The notes below the pieces were generated by a model. That model saw nothing but the letters and a program-made list of their open reading frames with translations, made no database searches and was not told the DNA's origin. Shown piece by piece: positions 38,313 to 48,208 of a stretch of 64,000 bases of DNA. The DNA lies in assembly GCA_963663475.2 (NCBI GenBank), contig CAXXJV010000001.1:2240001-2304000 (forward strand), in the 5' to 3' direction. This stretch comes from Candidatus Cloacimonadales bacterium (GTDB taxonomy: Bacteria; Cloacimonadota; Cloacimonadia; Cloacimonadales; JAFGVF01). The position numbers were made by a program, and so were the translations under genes. The stretch's first letter is position 1, and every line of letters begins with the position of its first letter.

Positions 38313-38981
38313 TTAGCTGTTTTCTAATTTAATTGATGATAAAAGGAGGAAAAGGTCTCCTATCTTGATTTCAGAAATCTTTGTATCTTTACTATAATAA
38401 GTATAGAGAATATTAACAAAGTCTTCAACTGTTACTTCTGGGTTAATATCATTACTAGATTCTAGGATTTCTTTATAACTTTGATCAAATTTATTTTCCA
38501 CTACATCCTCTACATCACTGTCATTTTTACTATCTTTCTGCTTTGTAAAAATAGTTACAAGTTCATCATTTTGGTTAAAATAAAATTCTTCAGAAGGAAC
38601 AATTTTAAAGTAACTCTTTTCTTCATCTTTAAAAAGTAAATTTATTAAAGAATCATATTCTGGAAGTAAAACATTTTCTTGAAAACCAACTTCATCTCTA
38701 GAGAGATTTTTAACTGTATCGTTCAATGGGGTCTCAATATCAATCTCTTGATTGAGCGAGACTAGCTTTTTTGAAAGTGGTTCTGTCTCTACTTCTGAAT
38801 CATAATTTGGATCAGATTTTGCCTTAATTTCACTTATCTTATCTGCAAAATCATACTTACCAGATTTATGTAAGTAGGCATAGACTCTCAGTGCATCTTG
38901 ATACAAACCCTGCTGTTCATAAAGTTTCGCAAGAGTTGGTGTTGGATTAAATTTAAACTTCAGTTTAGACTCCTTAATCAT
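38313..38981 (-). CDS. Hypothetical protein with a single TPR-like N-terminal motif
   Basis: TPTLAKLYEQQGLYQDAL.VY. Confidence 0.65.
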   Translation of the reverse strand: MIKESKLKFKFNPTPTLAKLYEQQGLYQDALRVYAYLHKSGKYDFADKISEIKAKSDPNYDSEVETEPLSKKLVSLNQEIDIETPLNDTVKNLSRDEVGFQENVLLPEYDSLINLLFKDEEKSYFKIVPSEEFYFNQNDELVTIFTKQKDSKNDSDVEDVVENKFDQSYKEILESSNDINPEVTVEDFVNILYTYYSKDTKISEIKIGDLFLLLSSIKLENS

Positions 38982-38983
38982 TA

Positions 38984-39604
38984 TTATGAACCTACATAAA
39001 ATAATTCTTCTATTTTAGCAAGAGTTTTTTTGCCAATACCTTTGATAACTAGAAGCTCATTAAGGTCGGAAATCCCTTTATTCTGCTGAATAAATTCATA
39101 TATCAAACTAGCTTTTTTTACTCCAATACCTTTTACTTTTGTTAAATTTTCTATACTTGCAAGATTTATATTCATTTTATCTGAATGAGAATTTTCTTTA
39201 GCAAGAATAATCTCTTGTCCACTATTGTTTAAGCTATCATTCTTTAGTTTTTCCAGATATGGCAACCATTTAGCAAGAGTCTTCTCTCCTATTCCTTTAA
39301 TCAGTAAAAGGTCTTTATTGGAAGTGATTTCAAAAGTATCTCTTAAAGCAATAATTTTATCAGCTGTTTTTGGTCCCAGACCTTTTATTTGTATCATTTC
39401 ATCCTTAGAAGCTGTAATAATATTTATTGATAGTTCATAAGGGTCTTTAATGTCGGCAAGTAAAGAATCTTGATTAACTTCATCAGAATAAAGGTAATTA
39501 CTCGAGATATTGAAGGCTATGATTGAAATAAAGGAGACAAGAATTAGTAGGTAGAGAAGTCTCTGTTCACTAGGTGTAAGATAGTTTCGTAAATAATTCT
39601 TCAT
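38984..39604 (-). CDS. ComEA-like helix-hairpin-helix DNA-binding protein
   Basis: N-terminal TM; two INxAS units each followed by paired KG[IL]G HhH motifs. Confidence 0.85.
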   Translation of the reverse strand: MKNYLRNYLTPSEQRLLYLLILVSFISIIAFNISSNYLYSDEVNQDSLLADIKDPYELSINIITASKDEMIQIKGLGPKTADKIIALRDTFEITSNKDLLLIKGIGEKTLAKWLPYLEKLKNDSLNNSGQEIILAKENSHSDKMNINLASIENLTKVKGIGVKKASLIYEFIQQNKGISDLNELLVIKGIGKKTLAKIEELFYVGS

Positions 39605-39608
39605 GATA

Positions 39609-40001
39609 TTATTTTTTTATTTTCACAAAGGTAGCATTAGCTTCCGCACAGATATGACCATCAAACTCAATTTTCCCTATGGTCTTATAGGTTCTACTTT
39701 TTTCTTGAACAATTTGTCCGATAATCTTGACTTCTTTTCCTGTGGGGATTGGTCTACGATATTTAATTATAATCTCCCCTGTTACAGCTTCTTGGCCATA
39801 TTTCAGAATAACTTTAGCCATTGCTTCGTCCAAAAGTGTTGCCACAATTCCACCGTGAGTGATACCATCGTAACCCTGAAAGTTTTCGGCAATACAGTGA
39901 TAAGCTATTGCTTGATTTTCAGTGTATTCAAAAGTTAATTTCAGTCCTATTGGATTATCTTTTCCGCAAGCAAAGCATTTATCATATATAGCTTCTTTCA
40001 T
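39609..40001 (-). CDS. PaaI/hotdog-fold thioesterase
   Basis: CFACGKDNPIGL and HGGIVATLLDE. Confidence 0.88.
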   Translation of the reverse strand: MKEAIYDKCFACGKDNPIGLKLTFEYTENQAIAYHCIAENFQGYDGITHGGIVATLLDEAMAKVILKYGQEAVTGEIIIKYRRPIPTGKEVKIIGQIVQEKSRTYKTIGKIEFDGHICAEANATFVKIKK

Positions 40002-40140
40002 AATTTCTCCAAGTTTATATTTATTTAATTCAATTATAAAAAGAATAAATATTTGGTAAAGAAATTTTTACTATAATCTATAAAAAAAGAGTTATTTTTC
40101 TTATAGATAGATTATTTGCTCACTTTTGATCAAATTAGTA

Positions 40141-40168
40141 TTGACACTATCTAATCAAATTTTATTAT
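40141..40168 (+). promoter_or_regulatory. Putative sigma70 promoter
   Basis: TTGACA-N16-TATTAT upstream of the 40216 operon. Confidence 0.4.
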
Positions 40169-40215
40169 AGTATTGAGTGTAAATATAAAAATCAAAGGAT
40201 ATACTTATTTTAAAG

Positions 40216-40806
40216 ATGAAAAAAATTATAAAAAGTTTATTATTACTTGTACTTATTCTTCTTAGCTCCTGTGGTCTTTTTGAGCCCAGAGATAATGAAG
40301 AGCCAGAAAACCCAGCTGAATGGATTGATTATCCTATTAACAGGGAGCAAGTACTTATGAATCTAAAATTCTCTTATAAGTATCCAGAAAATCAAAATAA
40401 ATATAACGAAATTTTTACTGATGATTTTATCTTCGAGTTTGCTTCGCAAGATATTTCTGAGCATTCAACCCCTAGTCAGATTGATTTCCAAGAGGAAGCT
40501 AGCATCATTTTTAATATGCACAAAATTCTTGGAGATTATAATGAAATGGTTAGAATAGATTCACTTACCAAAATTGAAGGGCAAGAAGATATTCTTGATT
40601 CTGCTTCAGCAATACTTTTTCGTAATTATTACCTTAAGGTTATGGATGCTAATACTGAAATTGAATTAAGAAATTACCGTGGTAAAGCACAATTTAACCT
40701 AGTACAAGATCCTGAGACTAGTCTATGGAAGATAGAGAGCTGGAAGGATTTTAGAACAACTACAAATGAAACATGGGGACTTTTTAAAAATGAATATTTA
40801 TTCTAA
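40216..40806 (+). CDS. Hypothetical lipoprotein (paralogue 1)
   Basis: Lipobox LSSC; shares motifs with the next gene. Confidence 0.75.
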   Translation: MKKIIKSLLLLVLILLSSCGLFEPRDNEEPENPAEWIDYPINREQVLMNLKFSYKYPENQNKYNEIFTDDFIFEFASQDISEHSTPSQIDFQEEASIIFNMHKILGDYNEMVRIDSLTKIEGQEDILDSASAILFRNYYLKVMDANTEIELRNYRGKAQFNLVQDPETSLWKIESWKDFRTTTNETWGLFKNEYLF

Positions 40807-41371
40807 GATTGCTATAATAGCCTTAATTATGTTAATGATAACTGCCTGCGAGAATCCTTTTAACCCATCTTCTAATGATGTTAATACAAGTACAGATTTC
40901 ACGCCAAATGATGAACCTACTGATTTGCTTAGAAATTTAGAAGATTCATATAGACAAAAAAATCTTGATTTATATAAGTATTGTTTAGCTGAGGATTTTA
41001 GATTTCAATTAATTTCTACAGAAGTTAGTGATATAGGAATTGATTTAGATAATGATGGTTTTGCTGATGATGAATGGGGCTTTCAGGAAGAGATCCAGTA
41101 TCATGAGAACTTATTTGAAAGTGGTTCTTCAGATGGACAATATCCTCCTCCAGATCAAATAGATCTTTCTTTTGGAGGTGAACCAATAATAGATGATGAT
41201 ACTGAAGATGGTCATGAAGGATGGAAAATCCTATCTTCATACTTTACTTTAAATCTAAGATTCGATGATGGGTCAAATTTAAGTGCTCTAGGTTATGTTC
41301 GCTTTTATTTAAAGCCAATAGATGGAGAGTGGAAGATAGCGATTTGGCGTGATGAATCAAATATTTATTAG
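40790..41371 (+). CDS. Hypothetical lipoprotein (paralogue 2)
   Basis: Lipobox ITAC; start at MNIYSK gives a normal signal length; the ORF extends to 40766. Confidence 0.75.
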   Translation: MNIYSKIAIIALIMLMITACENPFNPSSNDVNTSTDFTPNDEPTDLLRNLEDSYRQKNLDLYKYCLAEDFRFQLISTEVSDIGIDLDNDGFADDEWGFQEEIQYHENLFESGSSDGQYPPPDQIDLSFGGEPIIDDDTEDGHEGWKILSSYFTLNLRFDDGSNLSALGYVRFYLKPIDGEWKIAIWRDESNIY

Positions 41372-41382
41372 GATATAAATTT

Positions 41383-41793
41383 ATGGATAGATTATTAGCA
41401 ATTGATTATGGAGAAAAGAGAATAGGAATAGCCTTATCAGATCCTTTAAAGATGTTTTCTAAACCTTTTAAAGTCTTAAGTAACTCTGGCAAACAGAAAT
41501 TCATAGCTGAATTAAAAGATTTAATCAGAGAGCAATCTGTATCTAAGGTAATTTTAGGACATCCTTTGGGAGAAAGCGGACAAGAGACAAAAAAGACTTT
41601 AGAAGTTTTAAAGATTCACAAGCTACTCGTCAAATCTTTAGATGTTGAAGTAATACTCCATGATGAAAGATTTACAAGCGTAGATGCTAATAATGAATTA
41701 AAAAAATTAGGCTACAATTATATGGAAGCAAAAAAATTTATAGATATGGTAGCGGCAAGTATGATTTTAAAATCATATATGGAGAGGTATTAG
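41383..41793 (+). CDS. ruvX: YqgF/RuvX-family nuclease
   Basis: LAIDYGEKRIGIALSD, DERFTS and D..AA..IL. Confidence 0.92.
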   Translation: MDRLLAIDYGEKRIGIALSDPLKMFSKPFKVLSNSGKQKFIAELKDLIREQSVSKVILGHPLGESGQETKKTLEVLKIHKLLVKSLDVEVILHDERFTSVDANNELKKLGYNYMEAKKFIDMVAASMILKSYMERY

Positions 41794-41798
41794 TTAGC

Positions 41799-42818
41799 AT
41801 GAGAACTTCCTACAAGAAAATATTAATTGTTTTTAGCTTAGCTCTTGTAATTTTCGCTTTTATTGGATATAGGGAGCTTACAGTCCCCAATTTACCAGAT
41901 TCTTCTACAATTATTACCTTAGAAATAGAACGTGGAGCTTCAGTGATTTCCATATCTAAAAAGCTTGAAAGAAGTGGCTTGATAAATAATGCTAATTGGT
42001 TTAGACTTTATACAAAGCTTTCTGGTAAAGATAAAGAAATCAAGAGTGGGCTCTATAAACTAAGTGGTGGGATGAATCTTATCCAGCTGGTGGATTATAT
42101 CTCAGGAAATAATCAAGAAGTATTTTTTCACCCAAATAAGCTATCTATTCCCGAAGGTCTAACTCTTGAGCAAATTGAAGAAAAATTAATTGAATCTGGT
42201 TTAGCCACAAGTGGTCAAATCAAACAAGTATTCTATGATAAAGATTTTATCTATCAACATACAGGACTAAGAGCTAATTCGCTGGAAGGCTTTATTTATC
42301 CAAAAACTTACTACTATGAAGATGGCTTAGATTTGAAGGAGTTTTTGATTAAGTATCCTTTAGCAGAATTTAAAAAAGAATTTTCTGCTTATATTAATGA
42401 TGATTCCTTTTATAATAATTTAATATTGGCTTCTATTGTTGAAAAAGAATCAGGAACTAAAGAAGAAAAACCCATTGTAGCTTCTGTTTTCAAAAACAGA
42501 ATAAAGAATAGAATGACTCTTTCTTCCTGTGCTACTCATAATAAAATTTTCTATCAAAGAGGACAAAAGCCTCCCAAAATTCTTTTAAATAAACATCTGG
42601 AAATTGATTCACCTTTTAATACTTATAAGAATCTAGGACTTCCTCCCACGCCAATTTGCTCACCAGGATTAGATAGCTATCAAGCTGTTGTTTCTAATAT
42701 GGAAACTCAGTATTTATATTTCTTCGCTGATTTTAAGGGAAACAATGTCTTCTCAACATCCTATCAAGAGCATAATCGTAAAAAAAAAAGTTCATGGCGA
42801 AATAGCACTTTAAGATAA
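41799..42818 (+). CDS. mltG: Endolytic transglycosylase MltG
   Basis: IPEG, LEGFIYPKTY, LASIVEKE and SPFNTYK..GLPPTPI. Confidence 0.92.
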   Translation: MRTSYKKILIVFSLALVIFAFIGYRELTVPNLPDSSTIITLEIERGASVISISKKLERSGLINNANWFRLYTKLSGKDKEIKSGLYKLSGGMNLIQLVDYISGNNQEVFFHPNKLSIPEGLTLEQIEEKLIESGLATSGQIKQVFYDKDFIYQHTGLRANSLEGFIYPKTYYYEDGLDLKEFLIKYPLAEFKKEFSAYINDDSFYNNLILASIVEKESGTKEEKPIVASVFKNRIKNRMTLSSCATHNKIFYQRGQKPPKILLNKHLEIDSPFNTYKNLGLPPTPICSPGLDSYQAVVSNMETQYLYFFADFKGNNVFSTSYQEHNRKKKSSWRNSTLR

Positions 42819-42837
42819 TAATTTAAGGATATATAAT

Positions 42838-43521
42838 ATGAGAAAAGTCACAATTACTCCAAATGTCAATATGTGGTCTTTAGGATCTGTATTGATTGAA
42901 GTTGGCAATACTAAAGTACTGTGTAATGTCAGTTTGAATGATAATCCTCCTTCTTTTTGTCAAGAAAAAGAACAAGGTTGGTTATCTGCTGAATATAGTA
43001 TGTTACCATCAGCAACCAATCAGAGGACTAGAAGAGAAGTTACAAAAGGTAAGATATCAGGCAGAACAGCTGAAATCCAACGCTTAATTGGTAGAGCTTT
43101 GCGAGGTGTTATTGATTTAAAAGCCCTTGAGGGTATAGGGATTACTGTTGATTGTGATGTGATTCAAGCAGATGGAGGCACCAGAACAGCTTCAATTACA
43201 GGAGCGTGTGTCGCCTTAGATTTAGCTTTTAATAAGCTACTAAGTCAAGGCAAGTTACTAGTAAACCCCCTCAAAGAAAAAGTTGCAGCTATTAGTGTTG
43301 GACTTATGAATGAGCAAGTTATTGTGGATATGGATTATGCTAAAGATTCTTCTGCACAAGTAGATTTGAATGTTGTAATGACTGAATCAGGTAAGCTGAT
43401 AGAATTACAAGGTACTGCTGAAGGAGCGCCTTTTACTAGAAATGACCTTGATATCATGCTTTCTTCTGCCCAAGAAGCTATTATGAAATTAATTGAATAT
43501 CAAAATGAAGTATTAAAATAG
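42838..43521 (+). CDS. rph: Ribonuclease PH
   Basis: EYSMLP, EIQRLIGR and DCDVIQADGGTRTASITG. Confidence 0.95.
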   Translation: MRKVTITPNVNMWSLGSVLIEVGNTKVLCNVSLNDNPPSFCQEKEQGWLSAEYSMLPSATNQRTRREVTKGKISGRTAEIQRLIGRALRGVIDLKALEGIGITVDCDVIQADGGTRTASITGACVALDLAFNKLLSQGKLLVNPLKEKVAAISVGLMNEQVIVDMDYAKDSSAQVDLNVVMTESGKLIELQGTAEGAPFTRNDLDIMLSSAQEAIMKLIEYQNEVLK

Positions 43522-43536
43522 AAAGGAATTTTAGAC

Positions 43537-43986
43537 ATGTATAAATCAGACAGACAAGTAACTAATCTTCACCATATTGAATCAATTTTTAAATTATCAT
43601 ATATCTGCAGAATTGCTTTTCATAATCAACCAGCTCCTTATATCATACCAATGAACTATGGTTATTATAATAATAAGCTTTACTTGCATACTGCTAATAA
43701 AGGCTTAAAATTGGAGCTACTCAAAAAGAATAATAATGTAGGTTTCGAGATAGAGAATGAACTTAAAATGGTTCAAGGAATTAATGGTACAACTATGAAG
43801 TATCAGTCTATTGTTGGACAAGGTGTAGTTAGAATACTTGAAACAAAAGAAGAAAAACAAAGAGCTTTGAAATATCTAATTGAACATCATAGTGGAGAGT
43901 TTAGGGAACACTCCGACCAATCCCTAGCTAATGTAACAATGCTAGAGGTTACTATAAAAGATATTTCAGCTAAAGCAAATTTATAA
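43537..43986 (+). CDS. Pyridoxamine 5'-phosphate oxidase-like FMN-binding protein (NimA-like)
   Basis: PYIIPMNYG, LYLH...G.K and YQSIVGQG. Confidence 0.82.
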   Translation: MYKSDRQVTNLHHIESIFKLSYICRIAFHNQPAPYIIPMNYGYYNNKLYLHTANKGLKLELLKKNNNVGFEIENELKMVQGINGTTMKYQSIVGQGVVRILETKEEKQRALKYLIEHHSGEFREHSDQSLANVTMLEVTIKDISAKANL

Positions 43987-43999
43987 AACACGAGGGAAC

Positions 44000-45142
44000 A
44001 TGTTCGAATATTTAAAGACAGGCAAATACTTTGCTCAAATTGCAGGAGGACTAGAAGCTCATGCAAAAGAAGAATTGATTTCATTAGGTGCAGAAATAAT
44101 CCAGGAAGTCCCTAGAGGCATCAGATTTACATGTAGTAAAGAGACTTTATATAATATAATATATAAGGCTAGACTTGTACAAAGGGTTCTGGCCCCTTTA
44201 ATTTCTTTAGAATGTCATAGCGAGAAATATCTCTACTCTCAGCTTTATAAAAATGTAGATTGGCTTTCACTTTTTAATCTAGATGAAACTTTCTCCATAG
44301 TAAGTAACGTTAGTGATTCTAAAATTGGTAACTCTTTATATGCAGGCCAGGTAATGAAGGATGCTATTTGTGATCAGTTTAGAGATAAATATAATGCTCG
44401 TCCTTCTTTTGATGCCAAAAAAGCTGATATAACTTTTTCTTTACATATAAGAAAAAACCTTGCAACTGTTTCTTTTGATGTAGCTGGAAAAAGCCTCCAT
44501 AAAAGAAATTATCGTCAGGGTGTAAATCTTGCACCTATGCAAGAGACCTTAGCCGCTGCTGTTATTAAACTAACTGAGTGGGATGGACAAACTGTCCTCA
44601 TGGATATTATGTGCGGATCTGGTACTCTTCTTATTGAAGCCTTAATGCGTTATTGCAAAATACCAGCTGGCTACTTAAGAGACGATAATGGAATCTATTA
44701 TTTACCTGATTTTGATGAAGATTTATGGCTTAAAGTAAGAAAAAAAGCAAACGATGAAATAATTGAATTGCCTGAAGGACTTATTTGTGGATCTGATGTA
44801 AGCTCTAAATCCCTATCTTGTGCCAGAAAAGCCCTAGACTTACTTCCTTGGGGAGATAAGGTAAAACTCCAAGTCTCAAAATTCCAAGACCTTCCTCTAG
44901 GAGAAAACAGAACCATTGTCTGTAATCCACCTTATGGTGTTCGTATGGGTAACTTAGATAGAACTATTCAATTATACAATGAAATTGGCGATTTTCTCAA
45001 ACAGAAATGCCCTCACTCTACTGCTTATATTTTATGCGGATCTGCTGATCTAGTCTCGAAATTGAGGCTAAGAGCCCATTGGAAAAAATCCTTAAAAAAT
45101 GGAAATTTAGATACAAAACTAGCAAAAATTATTATTAAGTAA
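44000..45142 (+). CDS. THUMP-domain RNA methyltransferase (RlmL-like)
   Basis: SLHKRNYR, APMQETLAAA, DIMCGSGT and NPPYG. Confidence 0.88.
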   Translation: MFEYLKTGKYFAQIAGGLEAHAKEELISLGAEIIQEVPRGIRFTCSKETLYNIIYKARLVQRVLAPLISLECHSEKYLYSQLYKNVDWLSLFNLDETFSIVSNVSDSKIGNSLYAGQVMKDAICDQFRDKYNARPSFDAKKADITFSLHIRKNLATVSFDVAGKSLHKRNYRQGVNLAPMQETLAAAVIKLTEWDGQTVLMDIMCGSGTLLIEALMRYCKIPAGYLRDDNGIYYLPDFDEDLWLKVRKKANDEIIELPEGLICGSDVSSKSLSCARKALDLLPWGDKVKLQVSKFQDLPLGENRTIVCNPPYGVRMGNLDRTIQLYNEIGDFLKQKCPHSTAYILCGSADLVSKLRLRAHWKKSLKNGNLDTKLAKIIIK

Positions 45143-46263
45143 TGTTTGAATTTTCTCAAGATGCTAACTTAAAGCTCCAACGTTATCCCTATATCAAAAA
45201 TGATAAATTCCAAGCCTGGGATTCAGCTGATGAATATATTGTTAATCATATTGGTGAAAACTATCATGATCTAAATAAAGTCTTGATTATTGAAGATGAC
45301 TTTGGAGCAATTGGCCTTTCAATATCAGCAAAAGAAATCTACTTTGTTAATGATTCAATTTTATCTACAAAGGGAATTAATAATAATCTAAGAATTAATC
45401 AGCGAGATACTGCTAACTTTCATTTTATTTCTCCTTTTGCTAGTTTTCCAAAAGATATTGACTTAATTATTATCAAGTTGCCCAAGATTAATAAGTATTT
45501 AGAATTTTTACTTAATAAACTTAATAAAGTTTACTCCTCTAATACTCCTCTTATTGCTGGAGCAAAAGTGAAATATCTAAACCCAACTATTTATGATTAT
45601 TGCCAAGCTTATTTTTCTACTTTTACCTATTCCCTCTCTTGGAAAAAATCTAAGATAATTATGGCTAAATTATCAGGAATACATGACAATAAGACTTTCT
45701 TAAACATTCTGGCTGATTATAATTTAACTCTCTGTAATTATCCAAACTTATTTTCTAGCGATAAAGTAGATATTGGAACAAGATTCCTCCTAGATAATCT
45801 AGAAAATATAGATTTGTCTGCAAATATCACTAAAATCATTGATGTTGGTTCAGCTAATGGTATTTTAGGTCTGACTCTACAAAAAGCACTTCCTCAGTCT
45901 AAACTCTGGTTAACAGATATAAGTTATTCTGCTTATGAATCTGCTAAAGCAACTGTTAAAATGAGTAATCTTAATCCTCAAACAATATCTCTTGTTATTG
46001 ATAATGCTTTAGATTCTTTTGAATCTGATTTCGCTGACCTAATAGTAATGAATCCACCCTTCCATGATAAACATAAAGTTTCAATCCAAACTGCAGATTT
46101 AATATTTAAAGATTGCTACAGAGTTTTAAAGAGTAAGGGGCAATTGTTAATTGTTGCTAATAGGCACCTAGGATATCACAAGCATTTAGCTAAGCTATTT
46201 TCTCAAGTACAAATAATCACTTTCAATAACAAATTTACTTTATTGTTAGCTAGCAAAGATTAG
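45142..46263 (+). CDS. RlmG/RsmC-like rRNA guanine-N2 methyltransferase
   Basis: QAWDSADEY, DDFGA, D.GTRF, DVGSANG, NPPFH and VANRHLGY. Confidence 0.8.
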   Translation: MFEFSQDANLKLQRYPYIKNDKFQAWDSADEYIVNHIGENYHDLNKVLIIEDDFGAIGLSISAKEIYFVNDSILSTKGINNNLRINQRDTANFHFISPFASFPKDIDLIIIKLPKINKYLEFLLNKLNKVYSSNTPLIAGAKVKYLNPTIYDYCQAYFSTFTYSLSWKKSKIIMAKLSGIHDNKTFLNILADYNLTLCNYPNLFSSDKVDIGTRFLLDNLENIDLSANITKIIDVGSANGILGLTLQKALPQSKLWLTDISYSAYESAKATVKMSNLNPQTISLVIDNALDSFESDFADLIVMNPPFHDKHKVSIQTADLIFKDCYRVLKSKGQLLIVANRHLGYHKHLAKLFSQVQIITFNNKFTLLLASKD

Positions 46264-46320
46264 CCATATAATAATATTAATTTAAGTGGCATATTACTTT
46301 TCTACATAAAGGACTTATTT

Positions 46321-46488
46321 TAACCCAGATAGTGCAGTAGACCTTTGTGAATAGCAGAATATTCTTCTGCAAAGATAAGATCCATAATTTTTCCGTATAT
46401 ATAAAATATATGCGTCAAAATTCTGTAAGCTATTTTGCTAGAATAATCTGCACTCTTCACTAAAGTTCTACTACGCTATCTGGGTTTA
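46321..46488 (+). mobile_element. MITE-like element with about 30-bp terminal inverted repeats
   Basis: Left end AACCCAGATAGTGCAGTAGACCTTT-GTGAA versus reverse-complemented right end AACCCAGATAGCGTAGTAGAACTTTAGTGAA. Confidence 0.82.
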
Positions 46489-46520
46489 AGAATTTGATTA
46501 TAAATATTACTATACCATCC

Positions 46521-46589
46521 TTAATCCTTCCTTTACAGTCTTTCGATGAAATACGGACTTTCATCGAAAGACTGTAAAGGAAGGATTAA
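46521..46589. repeat. Long palindrome with a perfect 31-bp stem and 7-nt loop (second copy)
   Basis: ttaatccttcctttacagtctttcgatgaaa, loop tacggac, then the exact reverse complement. Confidence 0.95.
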
Positions 46590-46890
46590 TGATGATACAG
46601 GGGATTCGCAGAGAAATTTAACAAGAAATATCATTTTCATGTTAAAAGTAAAAAAAAGATTGACTTGATTACAAGTCTAAAAGAGTATGATTAAAAATAA
46701 TTAAACTTAAATAAACATGTGTTTTTAGGATGAGTGGAAAGAACTTATCAGCTGATATTGTTAGGTAAGTATATCCAATTATTTCTCATCTAGTTAAGGG
46801 TATGATTAAAGAATATTATAGAAATGTCTACTCAAAAACTTAACCATAAGACCTAATGTTATTTGAGTTAAATGTAACCTTGGAGATAAA

Positions 46891-48192
46891 ATGAAGAAAA
46901 TACTGATCCCTATAACTATTATTTTAAGCTTACTTATGTTATCTTGTGGAAAAAGTGAAACAAGTCCTAACAGGACAACCCTCTTGTTTTGGCATAGTAT
47001 GGGTGGTCCGCTTGGTTCTGCTTTAAATAAGCTAATCCAAGAATTTAATGATAGTCAAAAAGAAATCAAGGTAGAAGGAGTTTCAGTTGGGAATTACACT
47101 GCTTTAACTCAGAAACTTACTGCTTCTATTCAAGCAGGTAATCAACCAGATTTAGCTCAACTCTATGAAAATTCAACAGTTGATTATATTAAGTCTGGTG
47201 TATTAGTACCTGTACAGAAATTCATTGATAGGGATTCAGAACTACAAAAAGATATAAATGAAGACTTTTTCCCTGTCTTTATCTCCAGTAATACTTATGA
47301 AGGGAAATTATGGACTTTCCCTTTCAATAAGAGTGTAAGAGTTTTATATTATAACAAAGATATGTTTTTAAGATACGGTTTTGATCCTGAGAATACCCCT
47401 AAAACTTGGCAGGAATTTATAGAATATTCCAAGATAATTTGTGCTGAAAGGGATGAAGATGGTAATCCAAAGGTCTATTTAACTAACATAAATAGTTCGG
47501 CAACCCAGCTAGTAAATCTAATTTTACAGGCTGGAGGAAAGATTTATGATGGAGAAAGAGCCAGATTTAATAGCGAAGAAGGTATTGAAGCCTTAAAATA
47601 TCTCAGAGGTCTAGTAGTAGATTCTAAGGTCGCTTATTTATCTGAAGGTTATGAAGGACAGAATGATTTTTTAGCCTCAAAAGTTGCTATGTATGAAGGT
47701 TCTAGTGTTTCTATGGCCTTTATGTCTGGTCAAAACAAATTGAAGTTTAATGTTGGCATTGCTCCAATCCCTTCTTTCCGAACGAAGAAAAATGTAATAA
47801 GTGGAACAAACATTGCGATTTTCAAAAGTAATTCTAAGAAAGAAGAAGCTGCCTGGAAATTTATTAAGTGGTTAACAGACAAAGAGCAAACAGCTCAGTG
47901 GTCTTATGATACTTATTACATGCCTTTAAGAAAGAGCGCTTTAGTGGTATCACCTTTGAAAGAAAGACTGGAAAATAATGCTAATTTATTTGAGGTCTAT
48001 GAGCAATTGAATTATGCGGATACAGAACCAAGTATCTCTGAATGGAGAAAAACCAGAACTGATATTGAAAAGTTTGTTTTGGAACCAATTTATAATGAAA
48101 ATAAGAATCTATCTGAGTCTGAATTAAAAGAACTACTTGATAGTGTTGCTCGTGATTTAGAAGAAAGGATAGAAGATAATAAAAAGAATTAA
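46891..48192 (+). CDS. ABC transporter substrate-binding lipoprotein (UgpB/sugar-binding family)
   Basis: Lipobox MLSC; FWHSMGG, PFNKS..LYYNKD, AAWKFIKW and Y.P.RKS. Confidence 0.88.
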   Translation: MKKILIPITIILSLLMLSCGKSETSPNRTTLLFWHSMGGPLGSALNKLIQEFNDSQKEIKVEGVSVGNYTALTQKLTASIQAGNQPDLAQLYENSTVDYIKSGVLVPVQKFIDRDSELQKDINEDFFPVFISSNTYEGKLWTFPFNKSVRVLYYNKDMFLRYGFDPENTPKTWQEFIEYSKIICAERDEDGNPKVYLTNINSSATQLVNLILQAGGKIYDGERARFNSEEGIEALKYLRGLVVDSKVAYLSEGYEGQNDFLASKVAMYEGSSVSMAFMSGQNKLKFNVGIAPIPSFRTKKNVISGTNIAIFKSNSKKEEAAWKFIKWLTDKEQTAQWSYDTYYMPLRKSALVVSPLKERLENNANLFEVYEQLNYADTEPSISEWRKTRTDIEKFVLEPIYNENKNLSESELKELLDSVARDLEERIEDNKKN

Positions 48193-48208
48193 TTAATGGA
48201 GAATATAA

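Noticed and set aside
46690..46890. T-box leader for thrS
   Set aside because: No GGTGGNACC T-box sequence or terminator/antiterminator pair.
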